A DNA stretch of 64,000 nucleotides from Eledone cirrhosa. Lineage: Eukaryota. The DNA lies in the NCBI GenBank assembly GCA_964016885.1, contig OZ024754.1, positions 16,182,001 to 16,246,000 on the forward strand, read 5' to 3'. Below, piece by piece: positions 1 through 13,890 of the stretch (positions are counted from its first letter, which is position 1; each line of letters starts with the position of its first letter). The translations under genes and the position numbers were made by a program. The notes under the pieces were generated by a model that had not been told where the DNA came from, did no database searches, and saw only the letters and a list, made by a program, of their open reading frames with translations.

Positions 1-1115
1 TATATACACACATACATATATATATATATATACACACATACATATATATATATATATACACACATACATATATATATATATATACACACATACATATATA
101 TATATATACACACATACATATATATATACACACATACATATATATATACACACATACATATATATATATATACACACATACATATATATATACACACATA
201 CATATATATATATATACACACACATACATATATATATATATATACACACATATATATATATATATACACACATATATATATATATATACACACATACATA
301 TATATATATATATACACACATACATATATATATATATATACACACATACATATATATATATATATACACACATACATATATATATATATACACACATACA
401 TATATATATATATACACACATACATATATATATATATACACACATACATATATATATATATACACACATACATATATATATATATACACACATACATATA
501 TATATATATATATACACACATACATATATATATATATATACACACATACATATATATATATATATACACACATACATATATATATATATACACACATACC
601 TATATATATATATATACACACACATACCTATATATATATATATACACACATACCTATATATACACACATACATATATATATATATATACACATACATACA
701 TATATGTATACACACATACATACATACATATATGTATACACACATACATACATACATATATGTATACACACATATACATACATATATATACACACATATA
801 CATACATATATACATACACACACATATATATACACATACATACATACACATACACACATACATATATACACACACACATATATATATACATACATAGATA
901 AATATACACACATATATACACATACATATATACACATATATATACATACATACATATACACATATATACATACACACATACATACATACTAACACACACA
1001 CATGTATATACACATACACACTGTAAATGTATATACATACACATATACACATACACATTGTATACATATATACATACACATTATATACATACATATATAT
1101 ATATATATATATATC
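1..1115. repeat. Compound (TA)n/(CA)n/(CATA)n microsatellite
   Basis: Continuous tatatacacacatacata-type units; the ORFs here are low-complexity artefacts. Confidence 0.97.
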
Positions 1116-1600
1116 CTTGCACGCATACAAAACTACTTAAAATAATTAAGCAATCAATAACAACATCTAGTATCCACTTGACATTTTCTGCTCTACATGT
1201 AACTTGTGTCCAGCTAATTAGTCTAAGATATAAATAATTCTCAAGAATAGCAATTTAACACTAACGAAGTTGTTATTAAAAAGATGAGAAACTAAAGTAA
1301 CATTTTAACAACTACTTCTATAATCAAGCAACAGGTAAGCTGCAACACCTGAGAGAAATTACAATACCAACACAGCACGAATGTGTCTAGTCTCACCTAT
1401 GACACTAGTGTTTCAGCTAAACTGAAGTTGCATAACATCATAACGTTCCACATTTGAAAACAAAGAGACTCCACCATAGCTTTGAATATATCATCTACTT
1501 CACTCTTACCAACTCAGAGAGCCAATATCATTTCTCTTGTTGATTTTAGGTACTTTGTGGAGAATTATGATATTCTACAAACATATTTCTAATTCTCTAC

Positions 1601-1705
1601 TTAACCCATTAGCATTTACATTACTCTATATATACTATTATATTTTCATGATAAAGGCTTTACCTCACATAATATTGAATCCATGAAATTTTGATGTTTA
1701 GATAA
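1601..1705 (+). mobile_element. Partial TTAA-flanked MITE (left end)
   Basis: Starts ttaacccattagcatttacattactcta, as do the complete copies at 7728, 52234 and 56674; interrupted at ~1706 by unrelated sequence. Confidence 0.7.
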
Positions 1706-3169
1706 ATACTAGACCACCCGTGACCCAATAGGTTACAGGTCGTCTAGTTGTTACCTAAGCTGGATCTGTCTTTAAATTGACTGCACTAAGGCTTTTCAGA
1801 AATGAAATAACGGTAAGCGCGCTAACGATCTGATTGGTTATCACAGAACCGTTGGCTATTTATGAAGGTACCTGGAAAAACCCTGTATCTCGGGAACCCA
1901 TGCTCCAATTTACGTGAAACTTGTTTTAATCCATTTGTATTCCCATTTAAGGGGCAATTTTCTTTCAAAATATATTCCCATTATGTGTTGTTTTGGCTGC
2001 ATTAAAAAACACAATCACAGAGTTTTAGTAGTATATAGATAAACACTTTAAAGCTTTTTTTTTTTTATTGTTGTAAAACCAGGAGCAGTTTCAGGTGGCT
2101 TGGTACCAAAAATTACTTTTGTTTAGAAAATGCAGCACAAAGCTGTGGGAAAGATCTTTCTAATATAATTCATAAAAAAAAAAAAACAATAAATAAAAGC
2201 TGCAAATGGGAATAAATGATTATAACAGTCACATTTTCAATAGCTAATTATCACACAGGGGACCAAGCCAACCTCACCTCTATGCAGTGGTCATTGAGAA
2301 AGCATTTGTTATAATGCCCTATTAACAAGGCTCTGTTATGTTAATGAATAATAACATACACAACTCATGCTAGCAAGGAAAAGTAGATGTTAAACAGTGA
2401 TGATGATGACATGCATACACACGTCATAACTGTTCATCACATATTTGCTGACCATCAGGCATGATGTGGCATGAAAAAAGAAGAACACACACACACACAT
2501 ACAAGGGACAAGGAGGAAGGAGGCTGAACTAGTCAAGAAAATAACATTGGCTCCAGTCTTTATAGACTGTAAATTAAGCAAACACTTGCCTTCAACTCTA
2601 TCATAGAAATAGATGCTGTGCTACACATGCCATTGAAAATAAGATAAAAATGGCAAGACGAACACACAACTTCATTAGTTAAATGTCAAAAGTTTCATGG
2701 TTAATGATTTTCAGTTGCCAGTCATCAGTTAAAAGGAAGGAATAAAGCCAATTTTCCAATAGCAATAGAGAACCCTGTGAAGAGAATATTTTTATAGCAA
2801 AGTAAAATTAAAATATCACAGCACACACACAGTAAGGCTATTAAATGCAAGGATAACATTTTTATCATCAAAATGCACCCAGTACACTCTGTAATGTGGT
2901 AGTGTGGGTGTCAATAAAATGCACCCAGGTTGACCTTATATGACAAAAAGCACCCAGCTTTGCACATTGTGTAAAGTGGTTGATGTTAGGAAAAGTACCC
3001 AGCTATAGAACCCATGCCTAACTGGAACATATGAGCAAGACATGGTCATTTGACCTGTAATCTCAGAATGTGACAACCCATGCCAGCGTGGAACACAGAT
3101 GTAAAATAGTGATGAGCATCATCATCATCATCATATGTTCTTCCAAGAACAGAGTGTGTCCCATTGTGA

Positions 3170-3445
3170 CAGAGGTTGTCTCGCCTACTACAGGTTAAGT
3201 GACTCCTCCATTCCATGTAGTGTCCAGTTTCTTGCCACAGCTATTTTTAATGCCGTAATGCTTCTAGTACTGTGTGGGTGTTTTGTATTATAGCATATTG
3301 CCAGTCAGTTCATTCCTATGTCATTCATGAGGATCAGTTTCTTGAGGTCATTTTTCACAACTTTGTCCCATGACTTCCGTCACCTCCCTTGACACTTCTT
3401 TATGCAGCTTTCACCCTTTTTATGTATCACATGACCATACCAATG
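3170..3445 (-). mobile_element. Decayed RTE LINE 3' fragment
   Basis: cacatgaccatacca (reverse complement encodes WYGHV) and similarity to the RTE ORF end seen at 5051-5270. Confidence 0.55.
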
Positions 3446-4647
3446 AAAGAAAAAGTACAGAAATAGTCTACTCAAAAGATGATTTTGACTAGATACAAGG
3501 GCAGCTTTTATTACCTGTAAAGGAATACACAATCAATTGTATTACCAAGGTATATTACTGGTACTTATTTTATCAACAGTAGAAAGATGAAAGGCAAAAC
3601 AGTCAATAATGGCAGTTTTGAAACATGTAAATAAACACACTCAAAATTGTCTCCGATTCTATCAAGTAAAATCACCTATATTATAGGATTCTACAAAATT
3701 TTAGATAAGTTTTTAAAAATACCATCTTAATAATGAAACATTTAATAAATTTTAGTACATCTTTCCAAATTCCTACTTTCAAAATGATTTGAAAATCAGA
3801 GGCAGTGTCATTTATTAGAAATATAGTTATAAAAGAATTACTGCTTTACTGAATTTCAAGTCAAACTGTTATAGTAGTTGGTTGTACCTCCTCAAGTTAG
3901 ATGGAATCTACTATATTACTGAATCCTTCCAAATTCTGGATTATTTTCAAAATGATTTGAAAATTATAGGCAGTGTGGAAATGAAAGGGTTAAATAGAAT
4001 CTGAAGATGAGTTTGGAAAATATAGACAAATTAAAGAGAAATCAGGCAACTGCCATCTTCTATACTTTAGTTTGTTCAATTTTCAGTAAATTGTCAACTG
4101 TGGGAATGCAGACTTCTATGTAAATAAATACTTCAAGGTCAGTGTCTCTGCAGGTCAACTGCTTGGCTACTAACAGTACAGTCATGAGTACAATATATAC
4201 AGCAGTTACTGCAGAGTGTCCATAACTAATGCAGAAAACACTAAACATACCTGACAATGACTACTGTTACTTCACAAAATAGTGATTAGTAATAGAAAGG
4301 TAAACCAGCTGGAAAAAACCTATACACCTACTCCAATAATATGAAGGTATGCAACAGGTGTAGGTCAATAACAATTTCATGTGCATACCATTGCAATAAG
4401 GTGGTGCAGCTAGTACAAAGGAATTTCATGTGTGTAGCACTGTAGTGAGCTCCAACATGGGATATTGGTGCAGTTAGTATAAAGGAATTGTATATATCAA
4501 GGGAAGAAAGAGGGAGAGAGAGAACTGTGATGTTGATCGGAGTGACAATGTCAAAAATACTTTAACCTCGTGCTGTAACAAGTCTTTATGAAAAGATATG
4601 GTGTGTATACTGATTAATGTTCAGAGCCATCCTCAGCTTTCTTGTGT

Positions 4648-7012
4648 CATCATCATCATCATCATCATCATCAACGTTTAACGTCTGTGTTCCACGCTTG
4701 CATGGGTTTGGACGGGGGTAGTCCCACTTGAGGCAAGAGTGATTGTCTTGCTCGCATAGGACTGTCTGGCAGGTTTTCTACAGTTGGATGCCCTTCCTAA
4801 CACCAACCACATTTACAGTGTGGGTCTGGGAGGTTTTTACCGTGTTGCCTACACGGCCACATTACAGCGTGGACTGTGTGTTTTTTTGTCGTGACACCTA
4901 CACGATCTCATTTGTTTCGGCCTCGATGGCGCGGCACCAACATAACTTTACATAGAACGGGGTGGTGTGGATGGGGTGGGGGTGGTGGTGGTGGGACAGG
5001 GTGTATTTTGTTAGAGATGCCTACTGGCTGGAGTAGGTTTTACTATATATTTAGGTAAGGCGGGTCTTCTCTGTTACTGAGTACCGCCAAAGGTCTCGGT
5101 CCAGTGACATTGTCTTGGAGAGGTGTAAGTGTGTGATGTCGGAGTTTATCAGCTCGTCCCAGGTTTTTCTAGGTCTGCCTATTCCGTGACTACCGTCTAT
5201 CTTTATTGCCCTGCACTTTGTTATACAGCTATCGACTTTCATGCGCATCACGTGTCCATACCAACGTAGCCTTCTCTCGAGTAAACAACATCTGATCCCT
5301 CTTATCTCTAATTTTTTCCTTAGTTCGTTTATGCTTTGCCGTTCACGTATATTACTGTTACACATCCAGCGGAGCATGCAAGCTTCGTTCCTCTCTAGTC
5401 TGCGTATATCCTCTGCACACAATGCCCAGGTCTCACTGCCATGCAGCATTGCTGTTCGTATGCAGGCATCGTACAACCTGCCTTTCATTTTTAGGGAGAA
5501 CCCTTTAGCAGCTAATAGTGGTATAAGCTCTCTGAACTTTTTCCAACCAGTTCTGACTCTAGCTACAGTACTTTCAGAGCACCCTCCCCCACTGCTGATT
5601 TTATCGCCCAGGTAACGGAAGCTGTCCACTATTTCTATAGAACCTTCTGCGCAATTGAAAGAGCTAGTATTTTGTGGGCACTTGCTGCTACTTATTGCAC
5701 CAGAACACCGGCCACATGTAAAATCTATGTTCTTAGTTAGCTTACCTGTGATCCCACTACATCTTTTATGCACCCATACTTTGCATTTAGGACATAAAAT
5801 GGAGTTTCTACCTACGCCTTTCCTACACACCGAGCACGACCATTTCCCAGAAGGGACCGTCGCCTTGTTTTCTTTCCTACAAACTAGTACTTTGGTCTTA
5901 GCCAGGTTAATTTTAAGTCCTTTTGACTCTAGGCCGTGCTTCCATGTTTGGAATTTCTTCTCTAGCTCGGCCATTGATTCCGCTATGAGTGTCAGGTCGT
6001 CTGCGTATAGGAGTTCCCATGGGCAGCCTGTCTTGAACTCCTCTGTTATAGCCTGAAGGGCAATAATAAATAGTAGGGGGCTGAGAACAGAGCCCTGATG
6101 GACGCCAACTTTTACGCTAAACTCTTCACTATATTCGTTGTTAATTCTAACCTTGCTGACTGTTTCTTTATACATGGCTTGTATAGCCCTCACAAGCCAT
6201 TCGTCAACGCCTAGTTTTCTAAGAGCCCACCAGATAATGGAGCGGAGGACTCTGTCGAAGGCTTTCTCCAAGTCGACAAAAGCTAAGTAGAGGGGTTTAC
6301 CTTTAGCTAGGTACTTCTCCTGTAGTTGTCGTACTATGAAAAGAGCGTCTGTGGTACTTTTGCCTGACACAAACCCGAACTGCATTTCATCTAGGTCAAT
6401 TCTCTCTCTGATTAGTTGCGCTATTACTTTTTCCGTGACCTTCATGACCTGGTCGATTAATTTAATGCCTCTATAGTTACTCCTATCTAGGGCGTCTCCT
6501 TTACCCTTATAACAGTTAACGATGATGCTGCTATGCCAGTCCTTCGGAACAACCCCATTCTGTACGACTTGGTTAACTATGCGGGTGACCATGGTGTGTC
6601 CCACCGTGCCAGATGCCTTCAGCATCTCAGCAACTATTTCCGAAGGCCCAGCCGCCTTACCCGTCTTCATATCCTTGATTGCCTTACTTATTATACTCCC
6701 CTCGACTAACACTGCTGGTCCCTCTATTGGGTCGATATGGGGGAGACTGTCTTTCTCCCATTTATTCTCCTCATTTAGTAGCCTTTCCTAGTGACACTTC
6801 CAAGCTACCTTCTTATCAGCGTCGGTGATGGCAAGTGTGCCATCGTCGTTTAGTACACACTTCTCCCCGACAATATCACGGTTTTCCTTGACGCATTGCC
6901 TAGCAATCTTGAACACCTCACGTTTTTGGTCATCGCGTTGTAGAACATGCTTGAACTTTCTTTCCTCAGCTTCCCTTCTTGCTAAGTACACTTGTCTCCT
7001 AGCTTCCCTCCT
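4648..7012 (-). mobile_element. 5'-truncated RTE-clade non-LTR retrotransposon
   Basis: RT ORF with NYRGIKL, QFGF, DLEKAFD, GVHQGSVLSP, YADD, RYLG, RLRWYGHVMR and GRPRKTW; 3' UTR ends in an (ATG)n tail; 5' end abuts (TA)n. Confidence 0.95.
5051..7010 (-). pseudogene. RTE reverse transcriptase ORF with inserted PHD-like finger; truncated, premature stop
   Basis: The 553-aa ORF 5051..6712 continues upstream in frame through a TAG at 6788-6790 (WKCH*ERLL); no endonuclease domain present. Confidence 0.9.
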
Positions 7013-7128
7013 GTGTATATATATATATATATATATACATACATGTGTGTTATAAATATATGAGTGGATATGTATATATACATATCCACTCAATGTTTCT
7101 AAAAATAGATCATTATTTTTTGCAGTAA

Positions 7129-7622
7129 TCCCGCCGAGGTTGACTTTGCCTTTCATCCTTACGGGGTCGATAAAATAAAGTACCAGTAATGCACTGGGTA
7201 TTTGCTGGCCTTGTGCCTAAAGTAGAAACAATTATTTTTTGCAGTATCGGTAGAGGGTTGGATTATGCTTTCCAGCATAGTTACGTCCCTTTACGATCTG
7301 AGTTCAATTCCCGCCGAGGTTAACTTTGCCTTTCATCCTTACGGGGTCGATAAAATAAAGCACCAGTAATGCACTGGGATAATTGCTGGCCTTGTGCCAA
7401 AAAGTAGAAACAATTATTTACGTCCTGGTGATGGATTGGCAGCATTGGTAGTAGAGTGTTAGACACCATGCTTTGCAGCTGAGAGTTATGGCCCTTTACG
7501 TTCTGGGTTCAAATCTCGCCACGGTTAACTTTACCTTTCATCCTTATGGGGTCGATAAAATAAAGCACCAGTAATGCACTGGGGTAATTGCTGGCCTTGA
7601 GCCAAACATAGAAACAATTATT
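7129..7622 (+). mobile_element. Three tandem copies of a tRNA-derived SINE (first one partial)
   Basis: B-box-like gagttcaattcc/ggttcaaatctc, core gcctttcatccttacggggtcgataaaataaagtaccag, tail gctggccttgtgccaaaagtagaaacaatta. Confidence 0.85.
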
Positions 7623-7727
7623 TACATCTTGGTCGATTGACGAGACTTCAAAATAATGAAAAATCTGTCAGCAATGTTTTAGAGCAATTGGTATAGCTTG
7701 GCTGTCTGACATACAGTAGATGTGAGT

Positions 7728-8094
7728 TTAACTCTTTAGCATTTACATTACACTGTATTTACTATTGTATTTTCATGGTAAATGATTTATCTCGTATAAT
7801 ATTTCACATAATATCGAATCTACGAGATTTCGATAGTATTTATTTTGAGAACACACACACACATTGTGGGACGGAAGGAAGTCGCTCAAATTTATATATA
7901 GATTCTTTATTTTTAGTTCTATTTTTAAAGTAGATGGTAAGCAAGCAGAGACAATGTAGGATCAAAACACTCTTTAGTTTGGCAGAGGATAAATACCTTA
8001 ACATCAGTATAAGTGGCCAGTTACAGCCTGTTTGAACCGAAAGAGGTGAAAGAATTCTGGCCGGATATGGCCGGTTTAAATGCTAAAGGGTTAA
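7728..8094 (+). mobile_element. TTAA-flanked piggyBac-type MITE with internal insertion
   Basis: ttaactctttagcattta ... taaatgctaaagggttaa terminal inverted repeats. Confidence 0.85.
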
Positions 8095-9249
8095 GTCCCA
8101 CGGAGAACACTGTCATCTTTTTTTCCAACATAGCCTCCTCCCCTCATATATTTTATCATGTTTCGCTGTGACCCGTCTTCTCTCTCTCCTTCGACCTACC
8201 TATTTTGTTGCTATCTACTCTTCCCCCTCTTTCTTTCTCCCTCTCACTCATCCTCTCTGCTAGCCACCTCATTCTTTCCCTCGCCTGTCTCTCGAGCAGT
8301 CTTTTTCTCACTTACACATGCAGAGGTCAGCTGTGTCTTTTTTCTTGTCTGCACAATCTCAAACTTATGGTCAGTAATTGTCATTGACTTTAATTTTCTC
8401 TCTTCGAGTTGCTCACACACTCTTCGGTTTGTTGTTTCCTCGTTTTTTGGGGTTTTTTCCCGCTGTTTTTCTCTTTTCCCCTTCTGTTATCCTATATTTT
8501 CTTTCTCTCCCTCCTTTGTTTTCCCAATAACTTACCTTAGTTATTGAACGCACTGGGGCGTAAGAAATATCCGCGACGCCCAGCAGACAACTGATGAAGG
8601 AAAACTTTCTCCCGTTCATGCTTTCTTCTTATTTTTAAGTATACCTTATCCAGCAACTACACAGCCTCCTCTCTTCTTCATATATATATATACACACACA
8701 CACATACATTGAAGCTTCTAAATTTTCAATAAATACCTGCCCACACAATGTTTCTAAAAATAGATCATATTTCTAAACATTTGTTTCTGTTTCTCCTCTC
8801 TTAACTCATTTTTTCCTCCCTTGCTGCCTCACTTCAAACTGTTTTATTCCTCTCCCCATTCTTCATTCTCTTTCATTTATCATTTGCTCTCCCTATTGCT
8901 ACCTATTTATGTTTTATATGTCCCCTTATTTCTCACCCTTACCACTTTATTAACACATTCTCTGTCTGTTCCCCCACAGGTCCTACTGTTGCAATGAATG
9001 TTCTCTTATATTTCTCTTTCTATTCTCTTTCATCACTTTCGGACATGTCCTCATTGCATGGTCACAATTTAAATAAGTTATGATATATCAAAAGTTATTT
9101 CATTAAAAGCAGAGACAATATGTGTATGTACATACATCATAAATATTTATGTTTGTATGGAGGGGATACAATTGTAATCTCAAACATTCTAGCACACACA
9201 ACAGTATATATATTCCACATTTTTTTTTTTAATTCATTTTCAATTACTG

Positions 9250-9770
9250 AGTAGTGTATAATTATTTTTGGTTAAGTCTGACGGACATTTGCAGACCCTC
9301 CAACATTGCAAAGATTGATGTTCTTTATGCTCAATTTAAATTGTTGCAGGTTGTTTCCTGCATGAAAAACATGTGCAGCAGAATTCCAGAGGGTCAATGT
9401 TCTTGGGAGGAAAGACTGGGCATAGTGGTTTATGTGGGGCCTGGGAAGCAAAATAGGTGCTGAGAGGAAGAGACCCAAGTGGGGCAGGAGTGCTTGTGAA
9501 GGTTGTACAAGGTCAACCAGGCCCAAAGTTCACAGGTCTTTGTAATAGTGGTAGGAAAATGCAGAGAGAGAGCCGAGACAAAACGTCTGTGGGCCAAAGG
9601 CTGGAACATACCTACCAGTAACATTCCAACAACACGACACCCATCCAAGTCTTGCTCTAGTAGATCATGGCACTCCTCACACAAGTAGCATACACCTTTT
9701 CCTTCAGTTTCAGCAACACTAACACTCCCCTGAAATTAACATACTACTCAGTTCCTGGAAAAACTTTCAT
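9250..9770 (-). mobile_element. CR1-group LINE 3' fragment
   Basis: Translation contains SFLPRTLTLWNS and NLQQFK, typical of CR1-group ORF2 C-termini; frameshifted. Confidence 0.65.
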
Positions 9771-9859
9771 GAGAGAATATCAAGCAAGCCACTGTTGCAA
9801 AGTCTGATCCATCTTCTCTATTTAACAAGTCTCCTAGGTAACAAGATGTACCCACCCAA

Positions 9860-10250
9860 TGCATATCCAACATTTAATGAAGTTCACAACAACATTCTCT
9901 TTGCACACTACACCTAGCCACATACCTGTTCTTTCCACTTCACATGCTTTACCACATATCACCTGTCTTTCCAATATTCACTTTTATATATTTCTTCCCC
10001 TATTCATCTTCTCCCTCAATTCATCTATACTATCTGCTATCAATACCAGGTTATCTGTGTGTGGCAACTGCCATAGTAAACCTTCCTTTACACTTCAAGC
10101 CAGTACTTTCATCACAACTACAAGTAATAATGGTCTTAATAGCAACCCTTGATACACTCCATCACTTCATACTCATCGTTGTTCCTCACCTTAGTCCTTG
10201 CATCTACCTGCACTCAGGCATTGTCATCATTACCCTCACAAATCATTCCA
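9860..10250 (-). mobile_element. Old RTE LINE RT fragment
   Basis: Reverse strand ggagtgtatcaagggttgctattaagacca (GVYQGLLLRP) resembles GVHQGSVLSP; heavily decayed. Confidence 0.5.
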
Positions 10251-10907
10251 TATAAACATATATAATACATGTGTGTGTGTGCTTATAAATATATATGTCA
10301 ATGCCTGCATGTATGCAATGCATACACATACACACACATACAAAATGTAGAAACTAAAATAAACTTACTTTTTTTCTGGGAAATCATGCTTTATTCACAT
10401 AATTATTTCAAACTATTATACTAATTAATATTGTAAATTTCTCTAAAATCATTTTACTAATTAGTAATTATTTTCAATGTCTATTTCAGTACTTGGATGT
10501 TTACCACAAAAATAAAGAATAAAGTAAATGTCTTATAGCCTATGATCTTCTTGAACAAATATGGTTCTTTGCAAAATGTCTGCTACCTAGATGCAAAATT
10601 GGAGCCCAGATCTTGGGACATACATTTATATATTAAATAAATGTTATATGTGTGGAATGTATGATTATATCAACTATAATATACAAACAAATTATATACA
10701 CACACAGAAAAGCAATAACATTGCTATATATAATGAGCACGTCACTGCCAAAACGCTATCTCAAAGATAGCATGTTTGTGTTAGCATTACATAATTGAAA
10801 TTAATATATATTATATAAACGACTTTCTTAAAATATTCAATCAAACTTTGTGTGTGTGTAATATAGCTTTATGTTACTGTTGTCTATTATTACACACACA
10901 CACACAC

Positions 10908-10952
<45 letters not shown>

Positions 10953-12702
10953 ATAACATAATATTAGTGAAAATGTATAAAATATGTAAACAAACATTAT
11001 TGAGAAAGGAAGGAGACATATATGAGATTGGTTTGTTAATCTTAACATTAGGTGAGGGAAGGAGGGAGGATAAAAACCAGCTGATAACTCAACGTATTGT
11101 ATTTATTCAGTAAATAAGCAATGACGTTCAAAAGAACGAGGCTTAATCGGATGACATATGCAAATTGATGTCTAGTAGTGGATGGTTTAGAGGAGCACAT
11201 CTTGTGCTGCGTTATCACCTTAGACGAAGGTGAGGGGGTTCCTCTTAGAGCGGGTGGTGATAAGTACAACTGAGTGGGATGAATGAAGTTTAATGTTTAG
11301 TTTCAATTGTTGCAGGCTAGATGGATTACGGAAAGAACTAAACGATGTTGAAATACTACTATGGATTATATAATACATGAAAAAAGGTCTGGATTTATTT
11401 TATAATTCATTTAAAATAGCGTAAATATATTAAATTGCATGCAAAAACTTCTTATGTTAATCAAAAGACACGAAATATCACTACTGTCAGCAAAATGAAA
11501 ATTATATTAAACGTGTAAGTTTTGCCTATATGACCTAAACTGGTTTAAAAGCTGTGGGAGTTTTTTGTGTGGAATTAAAGAAAATAAGACTATCTAATAT
11601 TAAAATCCATATAAAAGAATACAAGTTCAACAGAAGAGAAAAAAAACAAAAACAACAACTAACATTATTTAAAAACTTCTTTGATGTATTTAATAACGGT
11701 TGTATTTGTAATAAATCGTATTTGTCTGCTGTCAAAGAAGCTGAAAATGTGAGCCACTTCTCTAATTGATGAAGAAAAAAAAAAAACGATTGTTGCAGTT
11801 CTTTGCATAAAGAAACTACCATGAGGTGACTGAAATAATGCTAATAATTTCTTATGCGGACTAAAAATATACCTTAATACTTTCATGGGACATATCACAT
11901 ATCGAGTGAGAAACTGAATACTCTGCAAAGCTTGGAAATTATCCAGTTGGAAATATATTTCGGAAAGATATTCAAAATTTTAACATAAGGTCTAAATAGG
12001 TGTCGTTAATAAATTATAAATAGCTGACGTTAATAAATTAAAGTATTAAAAATAACATGAAAACAAAAAAAAAATGTTTAAAAAGCGAAAAATACAAGGA
12101 AGGTATTTCGAATATCCCAAAACTATGAGGCATTGTGTTGCAGTAGGAAAGTTCTAGGTAAAAATGTTTGAGTTCCAGTTGAAATCACTTGTTATGACAA
12201 TGTTTTTAAAAAGGCATGACCACCACAACATCCCATGCACTTTAATTGGTAATGCCATGTGTAGATATTGCGATAAGTAGACTTTAAATTATTGAAACTA
12301 ATAGGAGTTCGGTGTATATATTACATTCAAAGTTTATACAAAATTTACAATATATTCACTTCGAAAACAAGATATATGGTTAAATTAACCGTATTGCTAA
12401 GTAAAAATGCTGTGAAACATCGATGACATACCGCATATACAATATGTATTAACACTTTGAGAAAGTACCGATCAAAGAGACAGATTTTAATACGAAAGAA
12501 CTAAATTTGGTCATGTTAAAGGAAAATTATCCAAGTTGTAAGTAGTATAGATGTTCAATGACAACTTAAATAACCGCAATGAAAGAGATAATATTTTATA
12601 CAGAAAATTAATAGCATATTACTACGTTCATGTTAAAAGGATGTTTTAAAAATCTGAATTTAAAAAAAAAAACAACTGAGAAATATAATATTAGTATCTC
12701 AC

Positions 12703-12912
12703 CTTGCTCTCTGGAACGACCGATTCTTTACCGTCTGGATGCCAAGCTACACGAACAGTACCACGCCGTACACAGTCGCAGAATTGATCTGGATCGTTCT
12801 GTTCTTCATCACTGCTGACATACTCCGAATTTTCTAGTACCAGCCCATATACACAGCCTTTATCGGTTACCATACACACTTCATCCTCGTCGAATATATT
12901 GCAGGCAGCCAT
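12703..12912 (-). CDS. UBE2O: First coding exon of (E3-independent) E2 ubiquitin-conjugating enzyme UBE2O
   Basis: ATG at 12912; 70 codons MAACNIFDEDEV...YGLVLENSEYVSSDEE...VRRGTVRVAWHPDGKESVVPESK resembling the UBE2O N-terminus (FGLV...DSDSE...RRGYVRVQWYPEG...ETK); phase-0 donor AAG|GTGAGA. Exon 2 not found in 1-12702. Confidence 0.88.
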
Positions 12913-12920
12913 ACCTGTGA

Positions 12921-12955
12921 CAGGGAATTGTGGGAGCGACCTGCACCGGAAGTAA
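12921..12955. promoter_or_regulatory. Candidate proximal promoter/5'UTR motifs of UBE2O (ETS site, ZNF143-like site)
   Basis: CCGGAAGT at 12946-12953 and gggaattgtggga at 12923-12935, just upstream of the ATG in a locally GC-richer patch. Confidence 0.5.
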
Positions 12956-13587
12956 TAACAGTCGTAGTAGCATTAAAAAAGAATGCACATGGCATAATGT
13001 TTATGCAGAGCTAGCTATCCAACCGATTATTAATTTACTAGTAGATTTATAAGACATTAATTAATACAACCTATCTTTCTCCACAATAGAATATCCCAAT
13101 TTATGTAAATAGGAATTTACTTATACAGCTTCATTTTTTTTCTTCCGATTTGATTAATTCGTAGTGGGACGAGAAGTGACTCGTGCATTCTTTTCTACAA
13201 ACTTACTTTAAAACTATAAATTTACATTAAATTATTTAAAGGAAAACAAATTACATGAATACCTTGTCGAAATTAAAAAAATTGACTTTTTAATTTTTAC
13301 ACAAAAACAATTCCGAGACACCTGATGCATTAGGTAAATACTTTAAAAATTATACATACATACATATTACTTTGGGAGGGTCATGCTGCCAATATAAACA
13401 CACGCACCTGTTGTTTTCACTTCAATTTATTATAAATTTCCGATTGGTTGGTTCAATAACCGGATGGTTATTTATATATTGTCAAAGCTCTTTCGTCACA
13501 TATTCTGTGACCTCCTCAGTGACTAACTTCTTATTTTGTGTCTCTCCTTTGTTCTGTCCTACACCATCTTGTTTTTGTGTGTCGATA

Positions 13588-13890
13588 AGTGGTAGTACTG
13601 GTGCCACAATAAAATGCACCCAGTCTTCTCTGTAAAGTGGTAGTACTGGTGCCACAATAAAATGCATCCAGTCAACCCTGTTAGATGGTAGTGGTGGTGC
13701 TACAATAAAAAGTATTCGGTACATACCATGTAGTGGTTGGCAGTTGGAAGGGGATCCAATCATAGAAACCATGCTAGGATGGAATGTAGGAGCGAGATGT
13801 GGTCATTTGACCCATCTAGCCTCTCAATGTAACAACCCCTTTAACCCATGTAAACAGAAGAAATAGACATAAATCGGTGGTGATGATGAT
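13588..13890 (+). mobile_element. Non-autonomous RTE-related short element
   Basis: gtgccacaataaaatgcacccag...gtaaagtgg units plus a ccatg...gatgatgat tail shared with the RTE elements. Confidence 0.65.

Noticed and set aside
628-1130. ORFs rich in Y/V/C/M/I or T/H/Y
   Set aside because: Translations of a dinucleotide microsatellite.
5241-7055. Plus-strand ORFs overlapping the LINE (also 15434-15916 and 60491-61216)
   Set aside because: Antisense shadows of the RT reading frame.
8591-8620. CTGATGA hammerhead candidate (also 2722, 44565, 52939, 61787)
   Set aside because: No properly placed GAAA with stems I and III.
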